DNA of 64,000 nucleotides. Origin: SAR324 cluster bacterium (GTDB lineage Bacteria > SAR324 > XYD2-FULL-50-16 > HCM1). The position numbers and the translations under genes are program-made. The notes beneath the pieces were generated by a model. It was given only the letters and a program-made list of their open reading frames with translations. It ran no database searches and had not been told where the DNA came from. Shown here piece after piece: positions 20,222 through 29,261 of the stretch. The stretch is taken from positions 77,125 through 141,124 of the forward strand of contig PUHO01000005.1 in assembly GCA_002995645.1 (NCBI GenBank). Reading direction: 5' to 3'. Every line of letters starts with the position of its first letter. Position 1 is the first letter of the stretch.

Positions 20222-20297
20222 GGGGGATTAGCTCAGCTGGGAGAGCACCTGCTTTGCAAGCAGGGGGTCAACGGTTCGATCCCGTTATCCTCCACCA
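20222..20297 (+). tRNA. tRNA-Ala (anticodon UGC), CCA encoded
   Basis: Acceptor GGGGGAT/ATCCTCC including the G3:U70 Ala identity pair; anticodon stem CCTGC/GCAGG with loop TTTGCAA; T-arm AACGG-TTCGATC-CCGTT; ends ACCA. Confidence 0.95.
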
Positions 20298-20324
20298 TTA
20301 TCTCTAACTCTATAATTACAGTGC

Positions 20325-20397
20325 AGGTGCGTAGCTCAGCTGGGAGAGTACTACCTCGACACGGTAGTGGTCGGCGGTTCGATCCCGCCCGTACCTA
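20325..20397 (+). tRNA. tRNA-Val (anticodon GAC), no encoded CCA
   Basis: Acceptor AGGTGCG/CGTACCT; D-arm GCTC-AGCTGGGA-GAGT; anticodon stem CTACC/GGTAG with loop TCGACAC; T-arm GGCGG-TTCGATC-CCGCC. The discriminator A is followed by TAT. Confidence 0.85.
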
Positions 20398-20439
20398 TAT
20401 TATACCCTCTTTTATATTTGTTTTGAATAGGAGTAACTT

Positions 20440-20988
20440 ATAGTTATACAACGTAAAAGAATTGTACAAAAAACTAATTCACTTAATACGAGAGTAAACA
20501 ACGAAATCTCTGCTAAAGAAGTTCGTATTATTAATCAAGATGGAGAACAACTTGGCATTGTTGCTATTGCTAAGGCTCTTGAATTAGCTGAAGAAGCCGG
20601 GCTTGACCTTGTTGAGGTTAGTGAAAAATCGGTTCCTCCCGTATGTCGTATAATGGATTTTGGTAAATTTAAATACCAACATCAAAAAAAACAACAAGAG
20701 GCTAAGAAAAAGCAAACTGTTATTAAATTAAAAGAAATTAAACTTCGTCCTAGAACGGAAGATCATGATTTTAATTTTAAAATAACTCATGCTAAACAAT
20801 TTCTTGCCGACGGTAATAAAGTAAAAGTTACAGTTCAGTATAGAGGAAGGGAACTTGCTTATACATATCTTGGTATTGCTTTGCTAGAAAAATTCAAAGA
20901 ACAACTTAAAGATATTAGCGAAGTGGAAACAGAACCAAAAGCAGAAGGGAAAACAACTCAAATGATATTAGCGCCAAGTAAGGTTTAA
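20440..20988 (+). CDS. infC: Translation initiation factor IF-3 with a non-AUG (ATA) start
   Basis: The tracked ORF (20653..20988) starts mid-protein. The frame is open back to the stop at 20434-20436 and encodes ...NNEISAKEVRIINQDGEQLGIVAIAKALELAEEAGLDLVEVSEKSVPPVCRIMDFGKFKYQ, the conserved IF3 N-domain and linker. AGGAG at 20429-20433 lies 6 nt before ATA 20440. No ATG/GTG/TTG codon lies between the 20434-20436 stop and ATG 20653. Confidence 0.85.
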   Translation: MVIQRKRIVQKTNSLNTRVNNEISAKEVRIINQDGEQLGIVAIAKALELAEEAGLDLVEVSEKSVPPVCRIMDFGKFKYQHQKKQQEAKKKQTVIKLKEIKLRPRTEDHDFNFKITHAKQFLADGNKVKVTVQYRGRELAYTYLGIALLEKFKEQLKDISEVETEPKAEGKTTQMILAPSKV

Positions 20989-21022
20989 TATCTATCAGTT
21001 TTTATTTTAACAGGAATTTATC

Positions 21023-21226
21023 ATGGCGAAATATAAATTAAAAACAAAAAGCTCAGCTAAGAAACGTTTTAAATTCACAGGTACAGGAAAAATAAAGCGT
21101 AAAAAGGCATATTTACGCCATATTCTAACTAAAAAATCACCTGGTTCAAAACGTAATTTACGTCAAGCCGGTCTTATTTCAGATGTAGATAGCGCTTCTA
21201 TTAAGCGTATGATGCCTTATCGTTAA
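21023..21226 (+). CDS. rpmI: 50S ribosomal protein L35
   Basis: [38 protein letters not shown], in the canonical infC-rpmI-rplT order. Confidence 0.95.
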   Translation: MAKYKLKTKSSAKKRFKFTGTGKIKRKKAYLRHILTKKSPGSKRNLRQAGLISDVDSASIKRMMPYR

Positions 21227-21251
21227 CCTAATATTTTATCTAGAGGTATTT

Positions 21252-21611
21252 ATGGCTAGAGTCAAACGAGCTGTTCATAAAAGAAAAAAAATTAATGCTT
21301 TACGAAAAGCAGCAAAAGGATATCGTGGTAAAAACAGAAATACTGTTCGTGCTACAAAAACTGCTGTTGAACGTGCTAATATCTATGCGTATCGTGATAG
21401 AAAAACAAAAAAACGTACTTTCCATAGATTATGGATTTTACGCATTAACGCAGCCGCAAGAGAAAATGGATTAAGTTATAGTCGCTTTATTCACGGTTTA
21501 TCTACAGCAGGAATTGAACTTGATAGAAAAACATTAGCTGATTTAGCAATGCATGATTCGGCTGCTTTTGCTCAGTTAGCTGAAAAAGCTAAAGAACAAA
21601 TCGCTGCTTAA
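21252..21611 (+). CDS. rplT: 50S ribosomal protein L20
   Basis: [13 protein letters not shown]...KGYRGKNRN...[26 protein letters not shown] is the L20 signature. Confidence 0.95.
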   Translation: MARVKRAVHKRKKINALRKAAKGYRGKNRNTVRATKTAVERANIYAYRDRKTKKRTFHRLWILRINAAARENGLSYSRFIHGLSTAGIELDRKTLADLAMHDSAAFAQLAEKAKEQIAA

Positions 21612-21638
21612 GCGTTCTAGATCTGTACTTTCTTTATT

Positions 21639-21668
21639 AAGCCTACTTTTTTAAGTAGGCTTTTTTAT
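21639..21668 (+). terminator. Rho-independent terminator of the infC-rpmI-rplT operon
   Basis: Perfect 10-bp stem AAGCCTACTT / AAGTAGGCTT with a TTTT loop, followed by a T-run. Confidence 0.8.
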
Positions 21669-21706
21669 TATCTTTTATTGCCTCACCAGACATAAAACTT
21701 ATTACT

Positions 21707-22070
21707 CTTACATTTATTATATGTATGGTAATAGAACTTTATATTCGTCCTATATATTTGAATAAGCCTGCCTTTGTTTCCGTAGCCCTATGTTACATTT
21801 ATTGTATGGTGGTAGATCATTAGTCTATAACTAAATCCTTTCACGAGAATGCAGTATTTGAATAAGCCTGCCTTTGCTTCCGTAGCCCTATGTTACATTT
21901 ATTGTATAGTGGTAAATCATTAGTTATAAACTTTATCTTCGTAACTAAATCCTTTAACGAAAATGCAGTATTTGAATAAGCCTGCCTTTGCTTCAGCAGG
22001 CTTTATGTTTATTGTGAAGATAAATATTATTTATAAACTTTATATTCGTCTATAGCTAATATTCCTAAAC
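21707..22070. repeat. About 3.5 tandem copies (100-114 nt unit) derived from the carB 3' end and downstream hairpin
   Basis: Units start with TATTTGAATAAGCCTGCCTTTG at 21755, 21855 and 21969. The last unit runs into the carB stop. Decayed copies of the carB C-terminal coding sequence (TATAAACTTTATATTCGTC) recur near 21731 and 21924. Confidence 0.85.
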
Positions 22071-25000
22071 GAGGATCACGCTCTAATGCGGCTATAATAT
22101 GTTTAGCAAGCTGCAAGTTAGTTAGCAACGAGACCCCGGAATCTACAGCTTGTCTTCTTAAACTATAGCCTTGTTCTTTACTTTGACTTGACGAACTAGG
22201 AATACTAATCACTAAATCAAAATTAACGTTATGTAGGACTTTGCTAATATCCTCTGTCTGTTTATTTATCTTAGAAGAAATAGGTACAACATCAATACCT
22301 TTATCTTGAAAGAAAGTATACTCTTCCTCATCTACATAAATAGTATAATTCATAGCTTGCATTTTTTGCATAGATTCAAGAAAATCATGCCTACCTGGTT
22401 TTGAAGATATAGAAACAAGCACGGTTTTAATATTGCGACAAAATCCAATAGAATACATAGCTTTAAGTAACGCTTCATGAAAGGTTTTACCTAAACAACC
22501 AACTTCTCCGGTAGACGCCATTTCCACCCCAGAAATAGGATCCACGCCAATCAATCTTGGAAAAGAAAAGAAAGGTGCTTTAACCCCAACATAAGGCAGA
22601 TCTAAAAAAGAATGGCGCGGCGTAGAGACTTCGTCTTCTAAAATAGCTCTTGTTGCTAATTCAATCAAATTGTATTTACAAATTTTAGAAACAAAAGGAA
22701 AACTCCGGCTTGCTCTTAGATTACATTCAATAACTTTAATATGATTATTTTTAGCTAAGAACTGAATATTTAACGGACCGGTAATATGCAACGCCATTGC
22801 AATCTTAGCGGCAACACGTTGAATACGTCGAATAGTTTCAATATAAACGTGTTGCGGAGGAAAGACTAAAGTTGCATCACCTGAGTGAATACCTGCATTT
22901 TCAATATGTTCTGAAATCGCACTAGCTAAAATTTTCCCATTTTTGGCAACGGCATCTAATTCAATCTCTTTTGCTTTTTGTAAAAAGTTAGATATAACAA
23001 CAGGATGATCAACAGAAACTTGCGTTGCTTTGTCTAAGAATCTTTCTAGCTCGTCATCATCTACAGCAACACCCATTGCAGCGCCACTTAAAACATAAGA
23101 AGGACGTACTAACACAGGATACCCTACTTTATGTGCAAATTCTTTTGCCGCAGTTAAATCTGTTAACTCACTCCATTCCGGTTGATCTATATGCAACTCG
23201 TCAAGCATGCTAGAAAATTTATGTCTATCTTCAGCACGATCAATTTGCATTGGCGAAGTTCCTAAAATATTAGCGCCCATATGATGTAATGGCAAAGCAA
23301 GGTTATTAGCAACCTGTCCGCCCATAGAAAGAATAATGCCGTGTACCTTTTCTTTTTCATAAATATCCATTACTGTTTCTTGACGTATTTCATCAAAATA
23401 CAATCGATCTACTTCATCATAATCAGTAGAAACCGTTTCTGGATTATAATTAATTAAAATAGCTTTATACGAGCTATCTCTTATTGTTTTAACTGCATTA
23501 ACACAACACCAATCAAATTCTACTGAGCTTCCAATACGGTACGTTCCCGATCCAAGTACAAGAATACTGTTATGCTGCGCTATAGGAACGTCGTCTTCTG
23601 TTGCATTGTAGCTTAAGTATAAATAGTTTGTTTTAGCCGGATACTCTCCGCCAAGCGTATCTATTTCTTTAACATACGGCAAAATACCATAGTTATATCG
23701 CATTTTACGTACAATATTTTCTTCTAAGTTTAATAAAACGGCAACTTGCGTATCTGAAAAACCGGCTTGTTTAGCACGCTTAAGAATATGAGAAGGACAA
23801 ATGCCACCGGCATACGATTGAAGGGTATTCTTAGTTTCTAGAATTTCTTTCAAATTATGTAAGAACCAGTAATCAATTTGCGTATATTCGTGTATTTGAT
23901 CTATACTCATACCCATTTCAATAGCTGTTGGAATAGCAAATATACGTTCATCTGTTGGGAAGCAAAGCTCTTCTTTTATTTCTTCTTCACTATAATTTGT
24001 TTTCTGTAACGTATTCATATTAGCAACTAAACCAATAGCCCCAATATCTAACATACGAAGTGCTTTTTGTAAGCTTTCTTGGAAAGTGCGCCCTATAGCC
24101 ATCACTTCGCCTACGGACTTCATACTTGTACCTATTTTAGGAGATACATTAGGGAACTTCTTCAAATCCCACCTTGGTATTTTAACAACAACATAGTCTA
24201 AAGAAGGTTCAAAACAAGCCATAGTAGATTGTGTAACTGCATTCGTTAAGTCAACAAGACTATAGCCAAGAGCTAACTTAGCGGCAACAAAAGCAAGTGG
24301 ATAACCTGTTGCTTTAGAAGCTAAAGCAGAAGATCGCGAAAGTCTTGCATTCACTTCAATTACTCTATATTCTTCTGATTTAGGATCTAATGCATATTGA
24401 ATATTACATTCGCCAATAATACCAAGATGACGTACTGTTCTAATAGCTATTTCTCTGAGCTTATGATATTCAGCATTACTTAAAGTTTGACTTGGCGCCA
24501 CAACAATAGATTCGCCGGTATGAATACCTAAAGGATCAAAATTCTCCATATTACAAACAGTAATACAATTATCATCGCTATCTCGTACTACTTCATACTC
24601 TACTTCTTTCCAACCTGTCAGGCATTCTTCTATAAGAATTTGAGGAGAATATACAAACGCTTGATCTGCTAATGCTCGTAATTTTTCTTCATTAGCACAT
24701 ACGCCAGAACCAAGACCGCCTAGCGTAAAACTTAAACGCACCATTACCGGATAGTTCAATTTTTCAGCAATAGCCACTGCTTTATCTGTTGTATAGGCTA
24801 TTTCACTTTTTGGAACGTATACGTCTATTTCCGCTAGTTTATCAGTAAAAATCTTTCTGTCTTCTGTAATTTCAATGCTGTTAACCGGCGTGCCTAGCAC
24901 TTTAACGCCATATCTAGCTAAAATCCCTTTCTTTTCTAAATCAAGTCCACAATTTAACGCCGTTTGTCCGCCAAAGGAAAGTAAAATACCGTCCGGTCTT

Positions 25001-25233
25001 TCTTTTTCTATTACCTGTTCAATAAATTCACTAGTCACAGGCAAGAGATAGACCTTGTCTGCTAAGTAATCCGAAGTTTGTATAGTGGCAATATTGGGAT
25101 TTACTAAAATAGAATAAATACCTTCTTGCTTTAAAGCTTTAATAGCTTGACTACCGGAATAATCAAACTCGCCTGCCTCTCCAATTTTTAATGCGGCACT
25201 ACCTAAAATAATAATTTTCTTTATCTCTTGCAT
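22027..25233 (-). CDS. carB: Carbamoyl-phosphate synthase large subunit
   Basis: A 1068-aa protein with duplicated ATP-grasp halves. The N-terminus IIILGSAALKIGEAGEFDYSGSQA is typical of CarB. It lies downstream of carA. Confidence 0.95.
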   Translation of the reverse strand: MQEIKKIIILGSAALKIGEAGEFDYSGSQAIKALKQEGIYSILVNPNIATIQTSDYLADKVYLLPVTSEFIEQVIEKERPDGILLSFGGQTALNCGLDLEKKGILARYGVKVLGTPVNSIEITEDRKIFTDKLAEIDVYVPKSEIAYTTDKAVAIAEKLNYPVMVRLSFTLGGLGSGVCANEEKLRALADQAFVYSPQILIEECLTGWKEVEYEVVRDSDDNCITVCNMENFDPLGIHTGESIVVAPSQTLSNAEYHKLREIAIRTVRHLGIIGECNIQYALDPKSEEYRVIEVNARLSRSSALASKATGYPLAFVAAKLALGYSLVDLTNAVTQSTMACFEPSLDYVVVKIPRWDLKKFPNVSPKIGTSMKSVGEVMAIGRTFQESLQKALRMLDIGAIGLVANMNTLQKTNYSEEEIKEELCFPTDERIFAIPTAIEMGMSIDQIHEYTQIDYWFLHNLKEILETKNTLQSYAGGICPSHILKRAKQAGFSDTQVAVLLNLEENIVRKMRYNYGILPYVKEIDTLGGEYPAKTNYLYLSYNATEDDVPIAQHNSILVLGSGTYRIGSSVEFDWCCVNAVKTIRDSSYKAILINYNPETVSTDYDEVDRLYFDEIRQETVMDIYEKEKVHGIILSMGGQVANNLALPLHHMGANILGTSPMQIDRAEDRHKFSSMLDELHIDQPEWSELTDLTAAKEFAHKVGYPVLVRPSYVLSGAAMGVAVDDDELERFLDKATQVSVDHPVVISNFLQKAKEIELDAVAKNGKILASAISEHIENAGIHSGDATLVFPPQHVYIETIRRIQRVAAKIAMALHITGPLNIQFLAKNNHIKVIECNLRASRSFPFVSKICKYNLIELATRAILEDEVSTPRHSFLDLPYVGVKAPFFSFPRLIGVDPISGVEMASTGEVGCLGKTFHEALLKAMYSIGFCRNIKTVLVSISSKPGRHDFLESMQKMQAMNYTIYVDEEEYTFFQDKGIDVVPISSKINKQTEDISKVLHNVNFDLVISIPSSSSQSKEQGYSLRRQAVDSGVSLLTNLQLAKHIIAALERDPRLGILAIDEYKVYK

Positions 25234-25244
25234 GGGATGTTTTC

Positions 25245-26294
25245 TTAAAGTTGTTTAACAAAATGATCAAATAAAAAGTTTGCATCAACAGGTCCGGGGG
25301 ATGCCTCCGGATGAAATTGTACAGATGAAAAAGGTTTGTTCGCGTGTTGTATACCTTCGTTACTACCGTCGTTAGCATTAAAGAACCACGGACGCCACAC
25401 CATAGGGATAGAAGTATCGTCTATAGCATAATTATGATTTTGCGAAGTAATATAGTTTTTTTTCGTTCCTACTTGTATACAAGGTTGATTTTGCGAATGA
25501 TGTCCAAATTTAAGTTTATACGCTTTTGCCCCGGCAGCTAAAGCCATTAACTGGTGCCCCATACAAATACCAAAAATAGGTTTGTCGTGCGTATAAGCTT
25601 CTTTTAGATATTGTATTGTTTCAGTCACTAAAACCGGATTTCCCGGTCCGTTAGATAAAAACAATCCGTCATATTTTTCTTTTGTAAAATCATAGTTCCA
25701 AGGTACGCGAACAACGCTAACGTCTCGTTTTAAAAAGGATCGTATAATATTATTTTTACATCCAAGGTCAATAAGCACAATACGTTTAGCCCCGTTTCCA
25801 TAAGCAATAACGTCTTGGCAACTTACTTTAGCAACGGCGTTTTCTTTAGCTAAATCATAAAACGGAATATCTTCATTAGAAGGTAGTAATTTACACTTTT
25901 GCGTTCCTCTAGAACTTAGTTTTTTTGTTAGCGATCTTGTGTCTTCAATTTCAATACCAACAACATCGTGCTTTTTCAACCATTTATCTAACGATTCATA
26001 GGCGTTCCAATGAGAATATCGTTCTGTAACTTTAGTAACGATAATGGCTTTCAGGTGAATTTTAGAAGATTCAAAAAAAACTTCCATTTGGTCTTGAATT
26101 TGACTAGCGGGAACACCGTAATTTCCAATTAAAGGATAGGTAAAAACTAAAACCTGCCCGTAATAAGACGGATCCGTTAAGGTTTCAGGATAGCCTACCA
26201 TTCCCGTATTAAAAATTAATTCGCCACTTGTTGCCTTATTCGCACCAAAGCTTTTTCCTTCGATTATACTCCCGTCTTCTAGAACTAACTGCAT
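25245..26294 (-). CDS. carA: Carbamoyl-phosphate synthase small (glutaminase) subunit
   Basis: N-terminus LVLEDGSIIEGKSFGA; class I glutamine amidotransferase triad context GICMGHQL ... QFHPE. Confidence 0.95.
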   Translation of the reverse strand: MQLVLEDGSIIEGKSFGANKATSGELIFNTGMVGYPETLTDPSYYGQVLVFTYPLIGNYGVPASQIQDQMEVFFESSKIHLKAIIVTKVTERYSHWNAYESLDKWLKKHDVVGIEIEDTRSLTKKLSSRGTQKCKLLPSNEDIPFYDLAKENAVAKVSCQDVIAYGNGAKRIVLIDLGCKNNIIRSFLKRDVSVVRVPWNYDFTKEKYDGLFLSNGPGNPVLVTETIQYLKEAYTHDKPIFGICMGHQLMALAAGAKAYKLKFGHHSQNQPCIQVGTKKNYITSQNHNYAIDDTSIPMVWRPWFFNANDGSNEGIQHANKPFSSVQFHPEASPGPVDANFLFDHFVKQL

Positions 26295-26331
26295 ATAATT
26301 TCCTATAATACAATATTGAATTTATTACATA

Positions 26332-27276
26332 TTAATATGTAAACTGAGGTAATTTTTTATTTTCATGAAAATAAAGTTGCGCTTGCTCTTTATCTTTTAC
26401 TATTTGCTCTTTAAGCAGTTCAAGCGATTCAAATTTTTTTTCTTTTCGTAAAAAAGCCAGAGGCATAATTTTCATTTTTTGAACCTCTGGCAATTTTGTA
26501 TAATTAAGAATATGACTTTCCCACAATATCTTTTTATATTGTATTGTTGGCTTCATTCCAAAATTACATACCGCTTGATACATATTCGATTCTATTTGTA
26601 TCAATGCAATATAAACTCCATATGATAACGGCGTACGAAACGGAATCTCTAAGTTTAACGTTGGGAAGCCTAGTTTCCTTGCTAATTGCTCTCCATTCTC
26701 TACAACTCCTTCAAAATGCCAATAACGTCCCAAGTTGTTTGCTGCTTCTTTAAATTTTCCTTCAGCTAATAAACTACGTATTGTTGAACTAGAAACTTTA
26801 TATTTTGAGAGTTTATAATTTGGAAAAACAGACACGTCAACATTATGCTTTTGTGCTATCTGTTTAAGAAAAGCTATATTACCAGATCTATCTTTTCCAA
26901 AATAGAAATCTTCACCTATCCATATTTTAGAAAAAGGAACAGCTTGGTACAGCTCAGTAAAGAACTGTTCCGGGCTAGATTGGATAAGTTGTTGATTAAA
27001 GTCTATTTTCATATAACCGTGTAATCCTGCTTTTTTAATATATTGGGGATATTCCTCAAAAGGAGTAATACGCGCTAACGGCGTTCCACCTAATATACTT
27101 CTTGGATGTGGATCAAAGAAAACAACAAGCCCTTGCTTATTATTTTCAGCACTATCTTTACGCACCACTTGTAATAATTTTTCATGTCCTTTATGAAATC
27201 CGTCAAAATTGCCTATAGTCACTATGACAGACTTACTTTTATCAAACTTCTGAAACCAAGACGTAAAAAACTTCAT
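26332..27276 (-). CDS. ribF: Bifunctional riboflavin kinase / FMN adenylyltransferase
   Basis: VTIGNFDGFHKGHEKLL nucleotidyltransferase motif, with a C-terminal riboflavin-kinase region (GFPTLNL...). Confidence 0.9.
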   Translation of the reverse strand: MKFFTSWFQKFDKSKSVIVTIGNFDGFHKGHEKLLQVVRKDSAENNKQGLVVFFDPHPRSILGGTPLARITPFEEYPQYIKKAGLHGYMKIDFNQQLIQSSPEQFFTELYQAVPFSKIWIGEDFYFGKDRSGNIAFLKQIAQKHNVDVSVFPNYKLSKYKVSSSTIRSLLAEGKFKEAANNLGRYWHFEGVVENGEQLARKLGFPTLNLEIPFRTPLSYGVYIALIQIESNMYQAVCNFGMKPTIQYKKILWESHILNYTKLPEVQKMKIMPLAFLRKEKKFESLELLKEQIVKDKEQAQLYFHENKKLPQFTY

Positions 27277-27356
27277 ATTCTTTTATTCATAAATTAACTA
27301 ATTATACCTATTTTTATGATTAAACACAAGTACAGTTTTCTTTGTTTATTCACAAA

Positions 27357-28064
27357 TTATATTTCTTTATTGGTTATCATAGAAACTATTTTCTTAGTAT
27401 ATAAACTGCTTTCGTCCCAAGAAAGCTTTGGTTCATATGGCAACATATTAACAAAAAAAGTGTTTGTTGCCTTTTCTATAACGTCCCACCATTCGTAACA
27501 AACTTGCGCTTCTTTCAACGGTTTAACATTATTCATTAATAAACTAATAGAGAAACCGTATTGTTTATATCCTTCTATTTCAGCTAAAATCATTTCTAAT
27601 GGATAGGCTTGAAAAGGAACAATATATATAAGTTTATTCGTATATTCTTTAATCCAACTAGCCGTATATTCTCCTTCTATAACAGGGGAATAGGCATAGT
27701 TCGGCATTTCAATCCAACAATGAGCATAATGTCTAGCTAAGGTTTGGATTGTCGCGTCAATTTTTTCTTTTTTAGCAATAATACCTTCATACTCTAGTGC
27801 TAACTGAGGGCAAGTTTCAGCATGCGCCGCATAGCTTGTTAATATACTGGTTTGAGGCGCACCTTCCATTATATTGCTAAACCTTTCAGCATCACTTAAG
27901 ATATCGTTTTGAAAAATGAATTTTTGATTTATATCAAACGGTTTATAGGCTCCTATACGTTGTTTTTCCCGTTTGCCATATTCTAAAAGTGATTCTATAA
28001 GAAAAGTTTTACCACTTAACGGCAAGCCGGCAATGGCACTATACGTACAATTAAGAGTCTTCAT
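27357..28064 (-). CDS. P-loop protein with dethiobiotin-synthetase (BioD)-like layout; function unknown
   Basis: AGLPLSGKTFL P-loop followed by IGAYKPF (compare BioD GTDTEVGKT ... AGYKPV). Other BioD motifs are only loosely retained. Confidence 0.4.
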   Translation of the reverse strand: MKTLNCTYSAIAGLPLSGKTFLIESLLEYGKREKQRIGAYKPFDINQKFIFQNDILSDAERFSNIMEGAPQTSILTSYAAHAETCPQLALEYEGIIAKKEKIDATIQTLARHYAHCWIEMPNYAYSPVIEGEYTASWIKEYTNKLIYIVPFQAYPLEMILAEIEGYKQYGFSISLLMNNVKPLKEAQVCYEWWDVIEKATNTFFVNMLPYEPKLSWDESSLYTKKIVSMITNKEI

Positions 28065-28506
28065 CTATTAATTTTTCACTCATTTTGATTAAAGTTTGAT
28101 CTTCACTTTCTTGCATATTTTTCCAAATATCCATAATCGTTCTGAAATTCTTACTTAAAAAAACTTTAATTCTTCGTTGTTCTTCTATTTTATCAGCTTG
28201 TATTTTTTGCAAATATTGTAATAGTTTTTGCCTATCTTTTGTTGATTCTAAGTCCCATTTAGCAAGGTCTTTTTGCGTAATGCCAGCTTCTTTAACAAGC
28301 TCCATTAAATGTACAAGATTCTTTTCTTCTGTAAACTCTTTTCTATTGTTATATATTATTTTTTCTTTCGCAAATACGTTTTTATGTGTCGTTTGTTTAT
28401 TACTTTGCGCTTGTCCGGAAGGCATGCAAATAATAAGAAAGAAAAAACTTAAGATTACAATAAATAAGCTTAGATTTATATAGGCTAGCTTCATTATACT
28501 TCTCAT
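28051..28506 (-). CDS. Hypothetical membrane-anchored or secreted protein
   Basis: N-terminal hydrophobic segment LAYINLSLFIVILSFFFLIICMPSGQA. It overlaps the downstream gene by 14 nt. Confidence 0.45.
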   Translation of the reverse strand: MRSIMKLAYINLSLFIVILSFFFLIICMPSGQAQSNKQTTHKNVFAKEKIIYNNRKEFTEEKNLVHLMELVKEAGITQKDLAKWDLESTKDRQKLLQYLQKIQADKIEEQRRIKVFLSKNFRTIMDIWKNMQESEDQTLIKMSEKLIDEDS

Positions 28507-28572
28507 AAAGTAACGGTAAAATTTAATACACTAGCGGCAAACAGCAAGCTAGACTTAAACAAGTATTTCTCT

Positions 28573-28974
28573 TTAACTAAAATACTCTTCAGCTATATGC
28601 ACGCAATATTTTCTAATAACAGGAATAAACCAACAAACACCAATCACATCAGTCAATATGCCGGGATATAATAAGCACCAAGCAGCAAGTACGTTTACTG
28701 TTTCAATCCACATTTCTTTCACTATGGCCGCTTCATTTTGGTACTCTGTTAAAACGAAAAACAACGTTTGCAAAGGATAGCGAAAAAGCAAGATTGCCCC
28801 GGCAAGGCTACTTATCCCTTGCACAACAAGGCATAGTGTTAAAAGAAAAGAACTTGTAACAGAAAGTAAAATTACAATATCAAGTAATAAAAATAAAGCA
28901 AAACAAACGTACGTAGGTATACTAAATAGCTTAAACATCTGCCTTAGGTTCCTTGTTTTTATTCGTTTTTTCAA
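28573..28974 (-). CDS. fxsA: FxsA-like inner-membrane protein
   Basis: Three hydrophobic segments, with LLYPGILTDVIGVCWFIPVIRK resembling the FxsA motif LLLPGFFTDFLGLLLLLPPVQK. The true start may be the internal MFKLF (28938). Confidence 0.55.
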   Translation of the reverse strand: MKKRIKTRNLRQMFKLFSIPTYVCFALFLLLDIVILLSVTSSFLLTLCLVVQGISSLAGAILLFRYPLQTLFFVLTEYQNEAAIVKEMWIETVNVLAAWCLLYPGILTDVIGVCWFIPVIRKYCVHIAEEYFS

Positions 28975-29254
28975 TAAAAGGAAACGGCAACATTGCTAAA
29001 GAATGAACGTACCGTTCTTTATCAAATTGTTTTCTTGTATGCAAAGTCTCCGCAAGCTCAAGGCTAACAAGTTGCCCCACTAGATTATATGCTTGTTGCT
29101 TTGTATATCCTTCTTCTTGTAATCTTTCAAGCGATTCAATCACCTCAGGCGGATCATTATCTTGTATTTGCCGTTTAATCACCGCTTCAATCGCCGTTTG
29201 CAATCTTTCCAGAATCTCTTGATTTTCTTGCGTTGGTTCGTTTGTTTTTGTCAT
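28931..29254 (-). CDS. Hypothetical cytoplasmic protein
   Basis: A 107-aa ORF in an operon-like array. No confident family assignment. Confidence 0.4.
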   Translation of the reverse strand: MTKTNEPTQENQEILERLQTAIEAVIKRQIQDNDPPEVIESLERLQEEGYTKQQAYNLVGQLVSLELAETLHTRKQFDKERYVHSLAMLPFPFIEKTNKNKEPKADV

Positions 29255-29261
29255 TATTCAC

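Noticed and set aside
21707-22070. CRISPR-like appearance of regularly spaced repeats
   Set aside because: The units are contiguous with no unique spacers, are 100-114 nt long, and are clearly derived from the carB 3' end. No cas genes are present in the window.
27316-27498. 60-aa + strand ORF at the ribF / P-loop gene boundary
   Set aside because: It overlaps the 3' end of the minus-strand 27357..28064 gene, has a hydrophobic low-complexity sequence and lacks an RBS.
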